Both the position numbers and the translations under genes were made by a program. From Azolla caroliniana (lineage: Eukaryota; Plantae; Polypodiophyta), in NCBI GenBank assembly GCA_043228905.1, contig JBHGNT010000021.1:6138001-6202000 (forward strand): a DNA stretch of 64,000 bases, in the 5' to 3' direction. This document shows positions 50,580 to 64,000 of the stretch, piece by piece. The notes under the pieces were generated by a model. The model did not search any database and was not told where the DNA came from. It worked only from the letters and a program-made list of their open reading frames with translations. The stretch's first letter is position 1; each line of letters starts with the position of its first letter.

Positions 50580-51167
50580 ATCTGTGTATGCGTGTATGTG
50601 TGTGTATGTGTGTCTCTGTGTGTGTGTGTGTGTTCAAAATAGGAACAGGAGGGGGAAACAGAGGATAAAGGGACAGAGGAAGAAGAAGAAGAAGAAGAAG
50701 AAGAAGAAGAAGAAAAGAAAAAAGAAAAAAGAAAACAGAGTAGAAAGGAACAGAGGAAGAAGAACAGAGTATAGAAGGAACAGAGGAGGAGGAAGAGCAG
50801 AGTATGGAGGAACAGAGGAGGAGGAAGAACAGAGTATGGAGGAACAGAGGAAGAAGAAGAACAGAGTATGGAGGAACAGAGGAGGAACAGAGGAGGAGTG
50901 AGGGACTGAAGATGAAGATGAAGATGAAGATGGAGATAGAGATGGAGATGGAGATGGAGATGGAGATGGAGATGGAGATGAGAAGGGAGATATGAAATAG
51001 AATTTTCAGAGAGAAGCTTTCTTCTCCATAGACAGAAGCAGAGCCAGAGGCATCGCCATCGCCATCGCCATAGACATAGACATAGACATAGACATAGCCA
51101 TCGCCATAGCCACACAGGTCAGAATCATCAGAAGAAGAAGAAGAAGAAGAAGAAGAAGAAGAGGGAA

Positions 51168-51202
<35 letters not shown>

Positions 51203-51330
51203 CTTTTCTTTTTCTCTCTCTTTCTTTTTGCTTTTTTGGCCCCTCCATGCTTTTTTGCTTTTCTTGCTTTTCTTGAGCTCTCTCTCTCTCTCTCTCTCTT
51301 CCTCTCTCTTTCTTTTTGCTTTTTTGGGCC
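50580..51330. repeat. Compound microsatellite tract in the 5' UTR/promoter of the VAP gene
   Basis: (TG)n, (GAA)n, (GAGATG)n, (CATAGA)n, (CT)n and ~27-bp AGAGTATGGAGGAACAGAGGA repeats. Confidence 0.85.
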
Positions 51331-51872
51331 TTCCATCGCTTTTTGCTTTTTTTGCTTTTTTGCTTTTCTGGAGCTTTTGCTTTTTTCTAATCTAATTCTC
51401 TTCTTCTCCTCCTACTTCCTCTTCTTCTCTTTTCCCCTTTTTGTTTTTTCATTTAATTCAAATTTTTTTTGTTTTTTGATTTTACTTTTTTTTGTTTTTT
51501 TAAATGCCCCTCCAAAAGTCAACGACCTCCTCCCATAATCCACTAATCCTAAAAGAAATAAGAAAATGGAAAAGCATTAAAAAAAAAATTTGAGATACTT
51601 AAAATCAAAAAGAATGTCTGCCCTTAATAAATTAATTAAACTTGCCTCCTCTGCTTTTTTTGCTTTTTACTCTGATTTTTTTTCCCCCATTTTTTTATAT
51701 TTTTTCTTTTTATTTTTTTCATTTCTCCTCCTCCTCCCATCTTCATTTCATTCATAGTTGATTTTTACTGTCTTTTTTTACCTCCCCAACCCCACACTTA
51801 AATTCTTCTTTGCTTTTTGTAAATTAAAGTTATAAACATTGGGTGAAATTTGTGTGTTATTTTGAGAGAGAG

Positions 51873-51918
<46 letters not shown>

Positions 51919-54399
51919 GTGTGTTTATTTGGAGGGGCTTGGTCTAACCCTAATGTGTCATGATCGGGTGACCTAAAAACACTTAGGATCTATCGGAAGG
52001 TGACCTAATCACACTTCGGATTTATCGGAAGTTCGTAGGAGAAACACAAAGGAAACAACACATCTACAAAGTGCATGATTTCGAAACCTTTACCATTGAC
52101 TTTTTGCAACATGAAAACACATACATAAATACATGGTTGTCACTGAACCACCTCTATGCCGGCTTTAAATCGGCCACTAATTAGAACAAACATGTGTCTT
52201 GAGAACTATGGAAATACACGGAACATTTTGGTCTTTTTATGTTTCTCTGGACGAGCCGACACATATTCCTGAATCATCTGCATAACATGAGTTTTATTGG
52301 TGTCTCTCGTTAGAGCTCTTAGAAAAGACCGACCAAAACGGTGACCAACAAAAAACAATGCAAGAAAAACCAAACAGAAGATGCTTATGAGGGGGAATAA
52401 TTTAATCGACGATGGAAGCGTAGAAATAAAGTGTGATAATACATTATTGCACATATGTCGTGACACCATGAAGAGGAAATAGGTTGGGGTGGGCTTGAGT
52501 GTGCCCTCTGATATGAACTAACTCTATGCCTAAGAGTGTGAGAAAAACGCATTGTGGTAGATTATGGAAAGGAGGGAAGGGCGCACACACAAGATTTTGT
52601 CTCTTACAATGATTATGAGTGAATACAAAGTCCACTGAGATGACGATAAAATAATCGAATATATATCACAAGCCATCTCAGTGTCTCCTAGAGTCTTGGA
52701 CCCCTGCATGTTGAAATCGTCCCCTTCTGTCTCATTGGAATTTGTTCTATGGAACGAGGAACCTAGTGGCGCACAAGAAGCATCGATCATTGTGCCACTG
52801 TTGGTTGTCGTCCAGAAAACATAAATAAATGTTTGTTTGTTTTTTAAATCCATTTGTTTGCGGTGTGTTTCCTATTTACAATTGTGTAAGATTCTCAAGC
52901 AATAGTAGAGGTCTAGAGTTTGTGTAACATTATTCTGTCATCACCCCTTGTATAACAAATAAAGGACAAGACCAGTAGTCCTTTTTTTCACTTTCAACCA
53001 CGTGGTTTTCTCTATGAAATTTCCTTGTAATGGGACCTAACACCTAGTAAATCTCTTTGTATGCATGTCATCAACACATGTTTAATTGTGCTAGTAATCA
53101 AAAAAGCCCTCAGAAATGCACTTTACTGTATATATATACTCTACCATTGTATTTTGTGCTTCAAGTATGTTCATACACATGTAACTATGCGCATAGATAG
53201 ATAGAAATACAAAATGCTCATGGGAAATGAGCCCCATCATCCATTTTAAACGTTATATTGAAAAATTAGCTTACTCAAAAGTTCACCTCCCTTGATCTTC
53301 GGACCCTTACCCTCAAAACGTTCGAGCTATGCACTTTCTTCTAACATCACACTTTTTATTGCTCCCAAAAAAGAAGAGCCCTCGGGTCATATGATTTTAA
53401 TCATTCCCTATGAGCAAACTACTCAAAGGAAGGAAGTTTTTTCATCGTGATGAACGACTTTCGAGTTTTTCAAGGCATCCCAAGAAAGGTTACACCATCT
53501 ACATGTGAAAGGAAAACAATGGTTTACCTTCAATAAGAATGAATTCTTCTACGAGCCATGCAACGTTTCATGTCTTCAAAGCTCCCTTTCTTGATTGTGG
53601 TCAAGAAAGCTTTTTTTTAAATGTTTTTTCTTTTCCATTTTATATAGTTAAAAAATATAAGTTAATCGGAATGTAACACGTATGATGACTTTGCATGGAA
53701 ATGGACATGGATGATTCCATTAGGTGACATCCAAACATACCGTTTAAAGATTTTTTAAAACATGTCAAGCTTATAGAAAGATAACAAATGTTTAGCTTAT
53801 TGTTTTATGATTAAGAAAAATGAATGTATTACTCACACTTTCGATGTCGCTCTCTGCCCCTCCCAAATGTGCTAACAAGTTATCATAATCTACCATTTTG
53901 TCTAGTGATGCAATACATGTTAGTTTTATTTAATGAGCTTCAGTATAACATTGTTAACGAGAGAGAGAATTCATAATTTAGTGTGCATTATTTGTAGTGA
54001 GATTTGACAAAGAGAGATTATGGTCCCTTATATAGTAGCTTCATGTAGTATCTTTTGCAATTGAGCTTTATTTTGACATTGTTTGACCAATGCAAGTAGC
54101 AAGGCATGCAATGTACATCATGTTTTCTTCCACACATGCACGCTCGTGTGTATGTGTGTGTATACACACATGGCATACAATTATATATTTAATATACATT
54201 TTTTGGCTTATATAAGAAGAAGGTGCCACAAGCTCTCGAAGAACCATTTTTTTGTTTCTCTTCTCACATTCGTGCATTAGGATGAAAGAGAGCCTAATTT
54301 TGTGTTTTGTCATACATATGATACATACGATCGTCATCGTATACCTAGTGACAACGATGAGAATGAGAGCATGTATAGCCTGACTTTGTAGATCCAATC

Positions 54400-55300
54400 A
54401 CCATTGAACTAAATGTATCTTTTATTGTTGGAGTTTAGCTTCTTGGAAACCATGTCTTTTCTAATAAGTTCACATCAAACACAAAATATATCAAATTAAG
54501 TTTGATGGTATGTACCAAGAATAATGCTTCATGGCAAACCCTTGTGCATCTTAGAAATTTCCATAAATCCAAAATCTTGGGCATGCATTTATTAGTTTCT
54601 TCTTCTTCTCCCAAAGTGCTTGCCTTAAACTACATTGAATTGTGCATGATGGAAAACCAATTACATTTTTAGGTGAAATATTGTAAAGTTACCTTTGCTA
54701 GACAAGGTTTGTGTATTTTCATTATCATTGAATAATATGTTGTCCGCATCAATATACTTGATTCACGGCTTCATAAATCCATTTCATACTTGGATAAGTG
54801 GCAACAATGTACGATAGTGTAGGGTAATGCCACGTGATGTATGTGTGTTTCAATGACACAAATTTCTTTCTCTTTGTTGTTGGTTGAATGCATTTGCATA
54901 CTCATCCACCTTTTTGGATAGGCACCCTTTATTAGAATGCCTTTGTTAAAACCTTGATGCTACCTACTCACCATCTTGTCCCTCCCTTTCACTTGTAGTC
55001 CAACACTAGAATGCAACTAACTATTGATCATCCGCATTGGTCCATTACAACCATTGCAAGTGAGCATCGATGGTACAAACTCCAAATGTACCTAGACAAT
55101 TGACTCTTGAACCAACTAACAATTTCATGCAAGGGGGGTAATTTCCAAACACAATATCTTCATAAAGCAATTGAGTGTTATAACCATGCTTAGACATGGT
55201 CATATGAACCATATAACATGATGGGATTTTTCTTTGGGCAAAACAACATGATATTCTATCATTAGCCCAAAACTTGATCAATATCATGATCATCTGGATG
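54400..55300 (-). mobile_element. Possible highly decayed hAT-like transposase relic
   Basis: Short hAT-like motifs only (QLLYEDIV; PSMKWIYEAVN); no long ORF or termini found. Confidence 0.3.
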
Positions 55301-55545
55301 AGGGTAATATGTCAAACAAGGCATAATTTTATGACACTCATATACATAGATGACTAGCTGAGATTTCATATGTGATCTTTGTATTGCCGATTGCCTACTT
55401 ATATGGACATTGATAACCCACTTTGAGGGTAATATGTCAAAGAGGGCATTATTTTATGACACATATACATAGGTGACTAGCCGAGATTTCAAATGTGATC
55501 TTTGTATTGTCGATTGCATACTTATTTGGACATTGATAATCCACT
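55297..55545. repeat. Two tandem copies of a ~125-bp unit
   Basis: TGAGGGTAATATGTCAAA...GGACATTGATAAYCCACTT occurs twice. Confidence 0.8.
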
Positions 55546-58500
55546 TCGAACCTATGGATGCTAAAGTAATCATCATAATACATGAATGATAGGCTATGGG
55601 CATCTAATATAAAGGCAAATGTTCCAAGGAAACACATTTATATGCCTAAACCATTGGACATGCAATTTACAGTTTTAGGTGATACCTAACAACATAGCCT
55701 TGTAAGTCACTGAACTAATTTGAATGAGATGATGGTATACGTGTCAAGAAAATGATATTTGGGAAAACATTTTATGTTCATCTTCCAATAAATTGAATTC
55801 TTGAAATTGGTCAGAGTTTCACACAAGTTTTGGCCCTACATTATCTAATGTTACCAATCTTTCAAATTATTCACCTAAAGAAGCCACTCACACATCTTTC
55901 TATGTTTTAGAAGTGTTTTATGAAACATATTTTAGGTTCTTACCAATCATGCGCTATTTAATTCTAAGTTGAAGTATTTTCGATATAATCGATTTTCTTA
56001 TCTGAAACATAATTTACTTGATCATGTGTACATTAAACCTATTCACACTTTCTTGTGCTTTAGTTAAGGGAAGCAAGAAAATGGTCCTAATTATAATTCT
56101 ATTTCAATAACCCAAATACTGTCAGTTTGAACATGACAAATCTTCAATAATTTGATAATGAATCTAATGCCAACTTTATTCTCTATCTTATTTTTACACC
56201 CCAAGTTTTGGAATCAATCATGATATGATCTTTTGCCTTCATGTCATAATTTCTAAATTTCCTATTTTCGAATTGGTTTAAGGACACATTTTGCATTCCC
56301 TCTCAATTATCAGTTCGATCTTAAAGGAACTCTAAGGTGACATTACGTTCACGTCTTTTAGAATGTTGTCTACCTGGGAAAGTTTACGACGTTTTTTAGT
56401 ATACTAGAAAGTGTTATGTCGTCTAAGCATAGCTTTGTGTGTGTATTTTTGATAATGGGATAGGGAGGAAATATGCCCCTTCTGTCACTTAGCGATATTA
56501 AAATATTGAGGCCTAAGTTTTGTGAGTAAGCACCTAAATACATGTGTGTTGAAGCTTGACACAAGCAATAAACAATACATTATCAATGAGGGATAAATGG
56601 TTCCTTATGTATAAAGTGTCAATGACTTGATACCATGCATGTGCTTTATGAAAGCTAAATCGAGCTGTAGGAAAACAAATGTTCTACAGCCTAGTATGAA
56701 ATAGCTATAGAATATGTGAAAGTTGAGATTGTTATAAATATTAGATTATTTGATATTTGTTTTGCACTAGTATTGTATACATGATTTTGAATGTTTAGGT
56801 TGGTCATTACATCATTGATAATTTTCTCATAAGAGACAACTTCAAACATCGTCCCTTTTTTGTTATAAATGTTTTTCAATACTAACTTCTAGGCACTTAT
56901 CAACAATAATCATGAGCAGTGATGGAAGTAAAGGTTGAGATGTAAATGTCTTAGCCATATTTGATTTGATGATAGGTAGCCAATTTGCCAAAAAAATAGA
57001 TGGTCTCCACACATCCATGATATATACATAATAGTTGGAATTGTATATTGGAAGGTAAGACCACCTATGGTACACACGTTGTTCATTCTTCTCTCTCCAT
57101 ATTTGGCATGGGTGATTCCCCAACATTGGTGTTGGCTACCGATGACCTATATGACCTATCTTCATAAAGTATAAACCACTCAATTTTGTATGGGATGCAC
57201 AAAGCTCCTGAGCAATTGTCGAACTGCGACGTCAAGGAATTTGGTTGTTCAACTGATCAGACAATGATCTAGCTCATACTTTGTTTACGCATTACATGCT
57301 GGCGAAATGTTGTCAAGTAACTTACATAGTTGTGCAAAAACCTTGATTGTTAGCTTTGCCTTTTAAAGGGAAATGTTAACATTTTAACTCATGTATTATA
57401 GAAAATGTCTCAAGCATTGTAATGTTATCACATAGTGCCTTTTCATGCAATGGCTTGTTTTTAATTATTACCTTGTAAAATTGCTTTTCATATATGTACA
57501 TTTAATCTAGTCCATATTTTGCCCTTGTTTTAATCATTGAATGAATGAATATATTTAAATGTACACACAACTAATGATTGAATTATGAAAATGTGACAAT
57601 GAGTTTAACATTGTTTTTCTCAACTTGTAAGAATTAATAAGATCTCTTATACAACTAGAGGACACGTTACGTCATTTTTGTACTTGACACTTCATTGTTT
57701 CTTGAAACCTTCTCTTTAACTTCTCAAAAATAATTCAAGCCTCTCACCTTTATATTGATTTGTTCTCTCATGACAATACTCCGTGCAGTAAGTTTTCTCA
57801 TTGCAATCTTTACCAATCATTTGTAACACATGTTCCAAATTTGGGCATACGGTCCATCATTTGTGACAATCAAACTGGTGTGAAGTCACTTGAAAGCATC
57901 AAATTTATGTTCCTAAATTGTAAAGGGTTGCAACTTCTTTTTAATTTCCCCTTAAGTAGATTTATGCGATGACATGTAAGTTGTAAAGGAATAACTTCTT
58001 GCTAGGAATTATGGTCACTAGAGTCAAGATATCACATGTTGGACATTGATTTTCAATGTAATTAGTTTTGTTTATGGATCATGCCGCAATACATATTTGT
58101 TAGGAAGTTTTTTGACCTAATTCATTGAGCCTTTTAAGCATTCCAAAATTATTCTCTCTCAAGTAGTGGGAAACGGCTTGCCTTGGGGAACTTTTGAAGG
58201 AAATTTTGGAACCACCTCCCTAAGATATTTCCATTGATGGGTCATATGGTAGGATGTTGGTAACATTCATTCAAAGCTTAAGTATATTGAATGACATGGA
58301 ATTTCTCAAAAACACTCAATTAATTCAGCCCAAAGATTTGCTAATGCTATAATTTTGTGCCTTACTAAATGGAGAGCAAGAATACACAATATGATGGGTT
58401 TATAATGCATAAATTCCTATTGTTGCAATATAAGTTTATGTTTAGATGAGGATGCAATGTTTATCGACAAATGGAAGAGGATATACAATCAATGTTGCCA

Positions 58501-59235
58501 TATGAATGGAATAAAATACTTGAGAGGGATGTGGAATCCACGGCCTAAATGATAAGTGATGAGTTTATACAAAAGGCCTTTGACACGGGAATATCACAAC
58601 CTAACCAAAGATTAATTATAGAGAGGGCTTTTGAGGGATGTGACAACAAGCAAGTGGAATGTATTATGTAAATGACAAAAGCACAAATGTGTTGATGAAA
58701 CGACCCAATGTTTATTGCACAAATTCGATAAGTTGGATTGGCAATCATGTACTGGTTCATTTTTAGATGGGCAATCCCAACATATTTATAGCCGCATTTC
58801 ATTTTATATCAATCACATTGTAACTAATGGAGGGATAATTCTTTTGTGGGGTGCAATGATTTAGGATTGATTGAATGTCATCGCATTCTTGATGATTGTG
58901 GAATTTTGTGGGGCAATTCAACTACGAATGCAATATATTGCAATTGGTAATCATTATTAACACGATGATGATTGTGAGAGGTGACATTGCAAAGTTGGTA
59001 AAATGTGCATATGAAAGAATTTTGAGAGGGGTTGGTGAAACGTAACCAACATTGGCGATATTGTACCATGAAAGATGGGCTTGCTAAGGGGGATCACATG
59101 AGGCAAAGAAAAGCATATAATGTGGGGCAAAGATTGTGGGTCACATAGAAAGCATGAAGACGAAAAAGGGAAAGAAAAATTGAAGGTATATGGGAGAGGA
59201 GGGGACAAGGTAATTAGAATGCCATTGAAGATGGA

Positions 59236-59277
<42 letters not shown>

Positions 59278-59282
59278 GATCT

Positions 59283-59706
59283 ATGGAGAGGATGAAAGAC
59301 CTTACGATATTGTTGTTAAAACTAACTATCATGATTAATAGTATGGCCATTAATAAGAGATCATATGTGGAATGTCGAAGGTGGCAAATGCTTGATGGAG
59401 ATTCCAAGGAATCTTCCCGAGGTTTCAAGGAACATTCCAACCACAATATAACGATGGCACATCGGTACTTGACAAATAATGATACATTGCAAGATGGAAC
59501 CGAGTCCGCAATTGCTTCGATGTTCAACATTTGTCCTCCAACTGTTGCCATCTATAGCTTTGGTGACTCACTAGCAGACACGGGGAATGTGGAGTACGTG
59601 TTTCCATACACCACACCTGCGGAGCACCTTCCATATGGCGAACAAAACCCCTTTCGTAAACCGTCATTCCGTTACTCTGATGGCCGCCTTGTCATTGACT
59701 TCATTG
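59283..59706 (+). CDS. First exon of a GDSL esterase/lipase; later exons not found in the window
   Basis: AIYSFGDSLADTGN...LPYG...RYSDGRLVIDFI followed by G|GTTAG at the usual phase-1 donor position. Confidence 0.85.
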
Positions 59707-61880
59707 GTTAGTTCATTTGAATGTAAATCTTAAGTTTAATTTGACTAGATCAATAAGAGTAATTTAACTCGTGTGTGTTCTAAAGTCAACTATATAGAGA
59801 GAGACTCAAATTATTTATAGGCTTATTTTTAGTCAAGCGATAATAATTTCCTAGGCAAGTGCAAATCAAGTTTAATACACCAATGGTTGACTTAATACAA
59901 TAACTAATATGTGGCGCATAGAAGAAGTATATTTGCATCTCTGAAGAGGTCAATGGGACCCATGAGACTAAGACAATATGCATATTATGTATTGTTCAGG
60001 CAATGAAATTTAATAAGCAATAAACAATCATAAATGAAGGCAAGAGACATTCACCCATCCCAATTATGGCTTGCACCTATTTGTAGAGAGGGTGTTTTGT
60101 TCTACTCCAAAGTGTTCTTGGGCATTTCCCAATTCAATGTGATTAAGCTCTCTTTAAAGCGATTCCCTTGAATGAGTTCACACATTAAGAAAACTTTTGT
60201 GCTTAGGTACCATGGGTCAGCATTGGCCTCTTTATGGATGCTAAAAATATCTATCCATCTATCTATTTGCTCTATTGTCCACTCTATTTGTGCTCATATG
60301 ATTTGGTGGGCATATAGTATGTTAGGAAGCCAAGTTACATGGGTGGTACATCATACTCTCCGATTGTAAACAAATCATAATGTTACCAAGTAAATAGTTA
60401 GTGGTAATTTAAATGCTCACCTCCTTGTCTTCAATTTAATTGGGCACCCCACCCAAGATGTTGTACATAACCTATCAATACATACTTTAACTCTCAACGA
60501 GACATCTCATTTAGCTTAACCTAGCTACTATCCATGCACTCGAGTCAACTTAATTTTGTCATATTGTATTTTATTTATGCTCATGGACTTCATTGATTAG
60601 TCCAAGTAGATTCTTTAGCTCAATTAACCCTCTAGTTTTGCTCTTTTTGTTTGACGGTTCACTCTAAGACACTCTTCAGTAGTTGATTCAATTTGCAACA
60701 TTATCCTTGTCCTTGTACTAACACTTTCATTTGGTTCAATCATGTCATTGTCCATTTTGGTTGAAATAGTAATGTTATCAATTTGTCATCTTCCAAGTAA
60801 AACTAATGCTTATTGCATTCCTCTCTAGTTTCTTCCCGTTCCCTTATCTTTAGGCCATTCCTCCCTAACATAAGGTAATATCATTTACTTCATCTCAATC
60901 ATTTTCCATTGCATGTCACATTGCACAATTTTTTATCTGTCATGTTATATTGTAATGGATATAATTGATTTAGCTTTCCTATAACTTACTCCCTTTCAAC
61001 ATTCAACTTCCATTAATTGAACTAAACTTGTCCTTTCAGGTTATTGTTAAGAGTAGGATTAATGTTCGTTGAATACACCTTTACACATTATGTAATTTGT
61101 TGTTCTTAATCATGAGTCTTACATGTCATGAAACAACCCGTTTTGTTGTAGGACACCTAATTACCATGCTAATGGAAAAACAATGCTACTTCATATTGAA
61201 AAATATGTCATATTCTTCTTCTCTAGACTTAGATGTATAATATTATCATATTCCAAGGACTTGAAAAGAGTAGAATGCATCCTCCTCGAAGTCTACATAA
61301 ATAAATAGATATAGCCTCCCAAACCCCTAGGTGGGGGATACTTTATGCACATACGTTACAACTAGATATAGCCGCCCAAACCCCTAGCTGGATGATACTT
61401 TACAACTGATGAAAGTCATTTGGATATGTTTTTCTTTTATGATTACAGAATGAAACATGTAAAGGAAGTAGCTACCAATAAAATTTAAAATGAGGGTTTT
61501 TTTTAGGTCATTAAGTGTAACTAGGACAAAAAACATAGATAAAAGCTCTTGAGAAGCAAAAAAAAAGAGATTAATGCAATTTTTCTTTGTAAATGTTTGA
61601 AACAAGGAAGATAGATGACAATTTGATGCCTTTCTTGTGTAGAAACGAAAATATGCACAATGGTTGTTGGGACTTTTCATAGATTCAATTCAGTAATTCA
61701 ATTAAGCTAAAGACAATGCGAATTCTAGCAAGGCTCATACTAGAAGAAGTAAGTAGTATACAAATGGAATATGAGTATGGAACAAATCCGGAAGAAGTTC
61801 AAGCTCCAATACTATGGAACACTAGGCTTGCATCTAGTAAAAAGTGGGAAAATTTTCATTTCATATTAGAGTTAGAAAAT

Positions 61881-62204
61881 TGACACATGTGAGTAGAGTG
61901 AGTAGTTTGTTGACTCCTTGGCCTCCAATTGTCGCTATAGGCATCAACTTTTACGACCAGTTCTAAAGCTAATTTTAATGATTTACAGATAGAATAAATG
62001 GTAAGCCACTTATCTTAGGACTTGGGAGAAACCCATAAGGGCATGTGAGATATGGGAACATGTGGTGGTTGAGAGGTGTTGGGGCTATATAAAGGGAAGA
62101 AGCTAACCCCTTCATTACGACATGTTGGGTCATTGTCAAGACTTTATGGGTGAGACAAAGCTCTCTTCTTTTGGACATGTTCACATCATATCCAAGGTGT
62201 AACA
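61881..62204 (-). mobile_element. Probable solo LTR
   Basis: TG...CA ends; flanks AAAAT/TAAAT (1 mismatch). Confidence 0.4.
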
Positions 62205-62893
62205 TAAATTAATAATGTCTAGTGGTATGGAACACCTTCATTTAGATACTCTGAATATGACATAACCCCAATATTTCAAGAAGTGAAAGAGTGTTTGAAC
62301 TTGTGACACTGGCCATTTCAAACCAACCTAACGAAACACCTTTTGAAATGGGGATTTTGAAACCTCGGTTATGGAAGCCGAATCTCCTTAACGTACTTAG
62401 AGTAAATAAAGAATAACATTAGAGCATTGCATTTTCATAAACATATATAGTTAGTATTAATAACTATACATATTGTAAGCCTTTCTCCCACTAACACCAA
62501 TGGTCCTTTCGTCCATAGAAGAGTGCCATTGTGAGTTGCTTTTTTGTTTTGTTTATGAAAATCCTTCATAATTTGTATCGAGCATTTCGTCATTGAGTTA
62601 CTTAGGGCCAATGACTCAATAAGCATTATGTGGATAAAAGTTTAAGCAAAAAGAGTGAAGGTCAACTTATCGTCCTCGTACTGAGGTTTACATTGGTTGG
62701 CAAGCTCAAATCATGGTGGGAATATGTATGTATACATATTTCCATTTGTATTTTAAAAATAAGACCTTTATTTCTTACACATGAATGATAGAATCATCTA
62801 GCCTTTCTTCTTTAAAATAGTATGGGATATTCGGATTGCAGGTGCCCGTTTTTTACATATGCATAAAATCAATCATCTAATTTTTCTCAATAT

Positions 62894-63079
62894 TGTGGTG
62901 TACCTTTTGAGCAAGCGCATGCCTTCATGCTGTGTTGTACCTTCGTTCCTATGTGCCACCCTTTTTAACATGCATGTCGCCAAACCAACCCAAATGGGTA
63001 TCAATGTATCAACTATAAATTGAGCAAGAAGTAAGAAGCAAGGCAAGCAAGTTTGGATTCTCTCTATGTGCATTTTACA
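62894..63079 (+). mobile_element. Solo LTR related to the TRIM LTRs at 2152 and 3325
   Basis: Shares TGTGCCACCCTTTT, CCAACCCAAATGGGT, TGTATCAACTATAAATTGA..AAGAAGTAAGAAGC and TATGTGCATTTYACA; 4-bp TSD ATAT. Confidence 0.88.
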
Positions 63080-64000
63080 ATATGTTCGTTGTTATCTATT
63101 TAGGAATATGTATTCCTTTGTTATAACGTTTATTCATGTCTTTCTATCACCATCCTTATCTTCGACTATATACATTCATACAGATATATAGATATAATCC
63201 CCCCCCCCCCCCCCCCCCCCCCCTCTCTATCTCCTCTCAAAATGCAAACTTAATTGTGCATGTCATTTCTCAAGAAAAGGGTATAATGAGATGCATGTGG
63301 ATATATGAATTAGAGGATAGTCCTTGCACTATTCTTAGAAGATATTAACAACTTGTTAAAAATGTTAATGTCATACATTAGTAATGTATTGTTATATTCA
63401 GCCATAACTCCAAGTAGAAGTGTTTTTTCAAACTAATTTTACGAATCCTCATTTTTGTCGTCTAACAAATTCATCGTGCAAATTCTCTACTATCACATGT
63501 ATTTACAGGTTATCCTTTCTAGAACTTTATGGAAGTACTTGCCTCAATATGTTTTTGTGTCACTCATAGTGCACAAAATGAGCTTTGAGTTCCTCGTATT
63601 ATTACAAATGGCCCCATGCTATACTTGGGAGCTGTGTTAGTTTTTATGTTACCAAATTCTCTACATTCATAGATAAGCATTATTTCTTCGATAGTACATG
63701 TACTATTACCCAAACTAGAAGCTTTTTACAAGATATGTTAAAGAAAGCTATTACAATTTTCTATTCTTGAAAGGTTTTCAATGTCAACATTAGTATTTAT
63801 GATATTATTGGTAAGTCTAGATTAAGATCTAGCTTTCTAAAATGGACATGTTTCTTTCATGTCTAATGGGTGTATATTAAATAATTCATGTAATTCTCCA
63901 CTTACAATTAGAGAGAAATGCATTAGTGGATGTGCAAATTTTTCTTTCAATTCTTTTTATCTATATCTAACATTCAACTTTTGGCAATGCAGCCCAAGCA

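Noticed and set aside
50479-51538. ORFs of 100-285 aa upstream of the VAP gene
   Set aside because: Translations of microsatellites (poly-S, IS, ER, LH repeats).

Overview
Eukaryotic (land-plant) nuclear DNA. The microsatellite density, long introns, PLS-type PPR relic and TE families suggest a fern or other seed-free vascular plant (inference). Bases 1-30 kb are a deeply nested transposon cluster. A Tnt1-like Copia is split near the end of its RNase H by a 13.7-kb DNA element (1826-15554) with an exact 8-bp TSD (GCCGGAAG) and bipartite CCCGRGGGC terminal inverted repeats. That element has no recognisable transposase but carries decayed host-gene fragments (ribosomal P3, SAM synthetase, PPR). 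It also hosts a TRIM and a LINE, and the LINE contains a young Gag-only LTR element. The Copia lies inside a Gypsy pol, which lies inside an older Copia that also carries solo LTRs with CG-centred 4-bp TSDs. Bases 33-64 kb hold three host genes: a six-exon GPI-anchored nsLTP/xylogen-like gene with three 8-Cys domains, a seven-exon VAP (MSP-domain) gene on the minus strand, and the first exon of a GDSL lipase. All coordinates and alignments were read by eye; no database searches were run.
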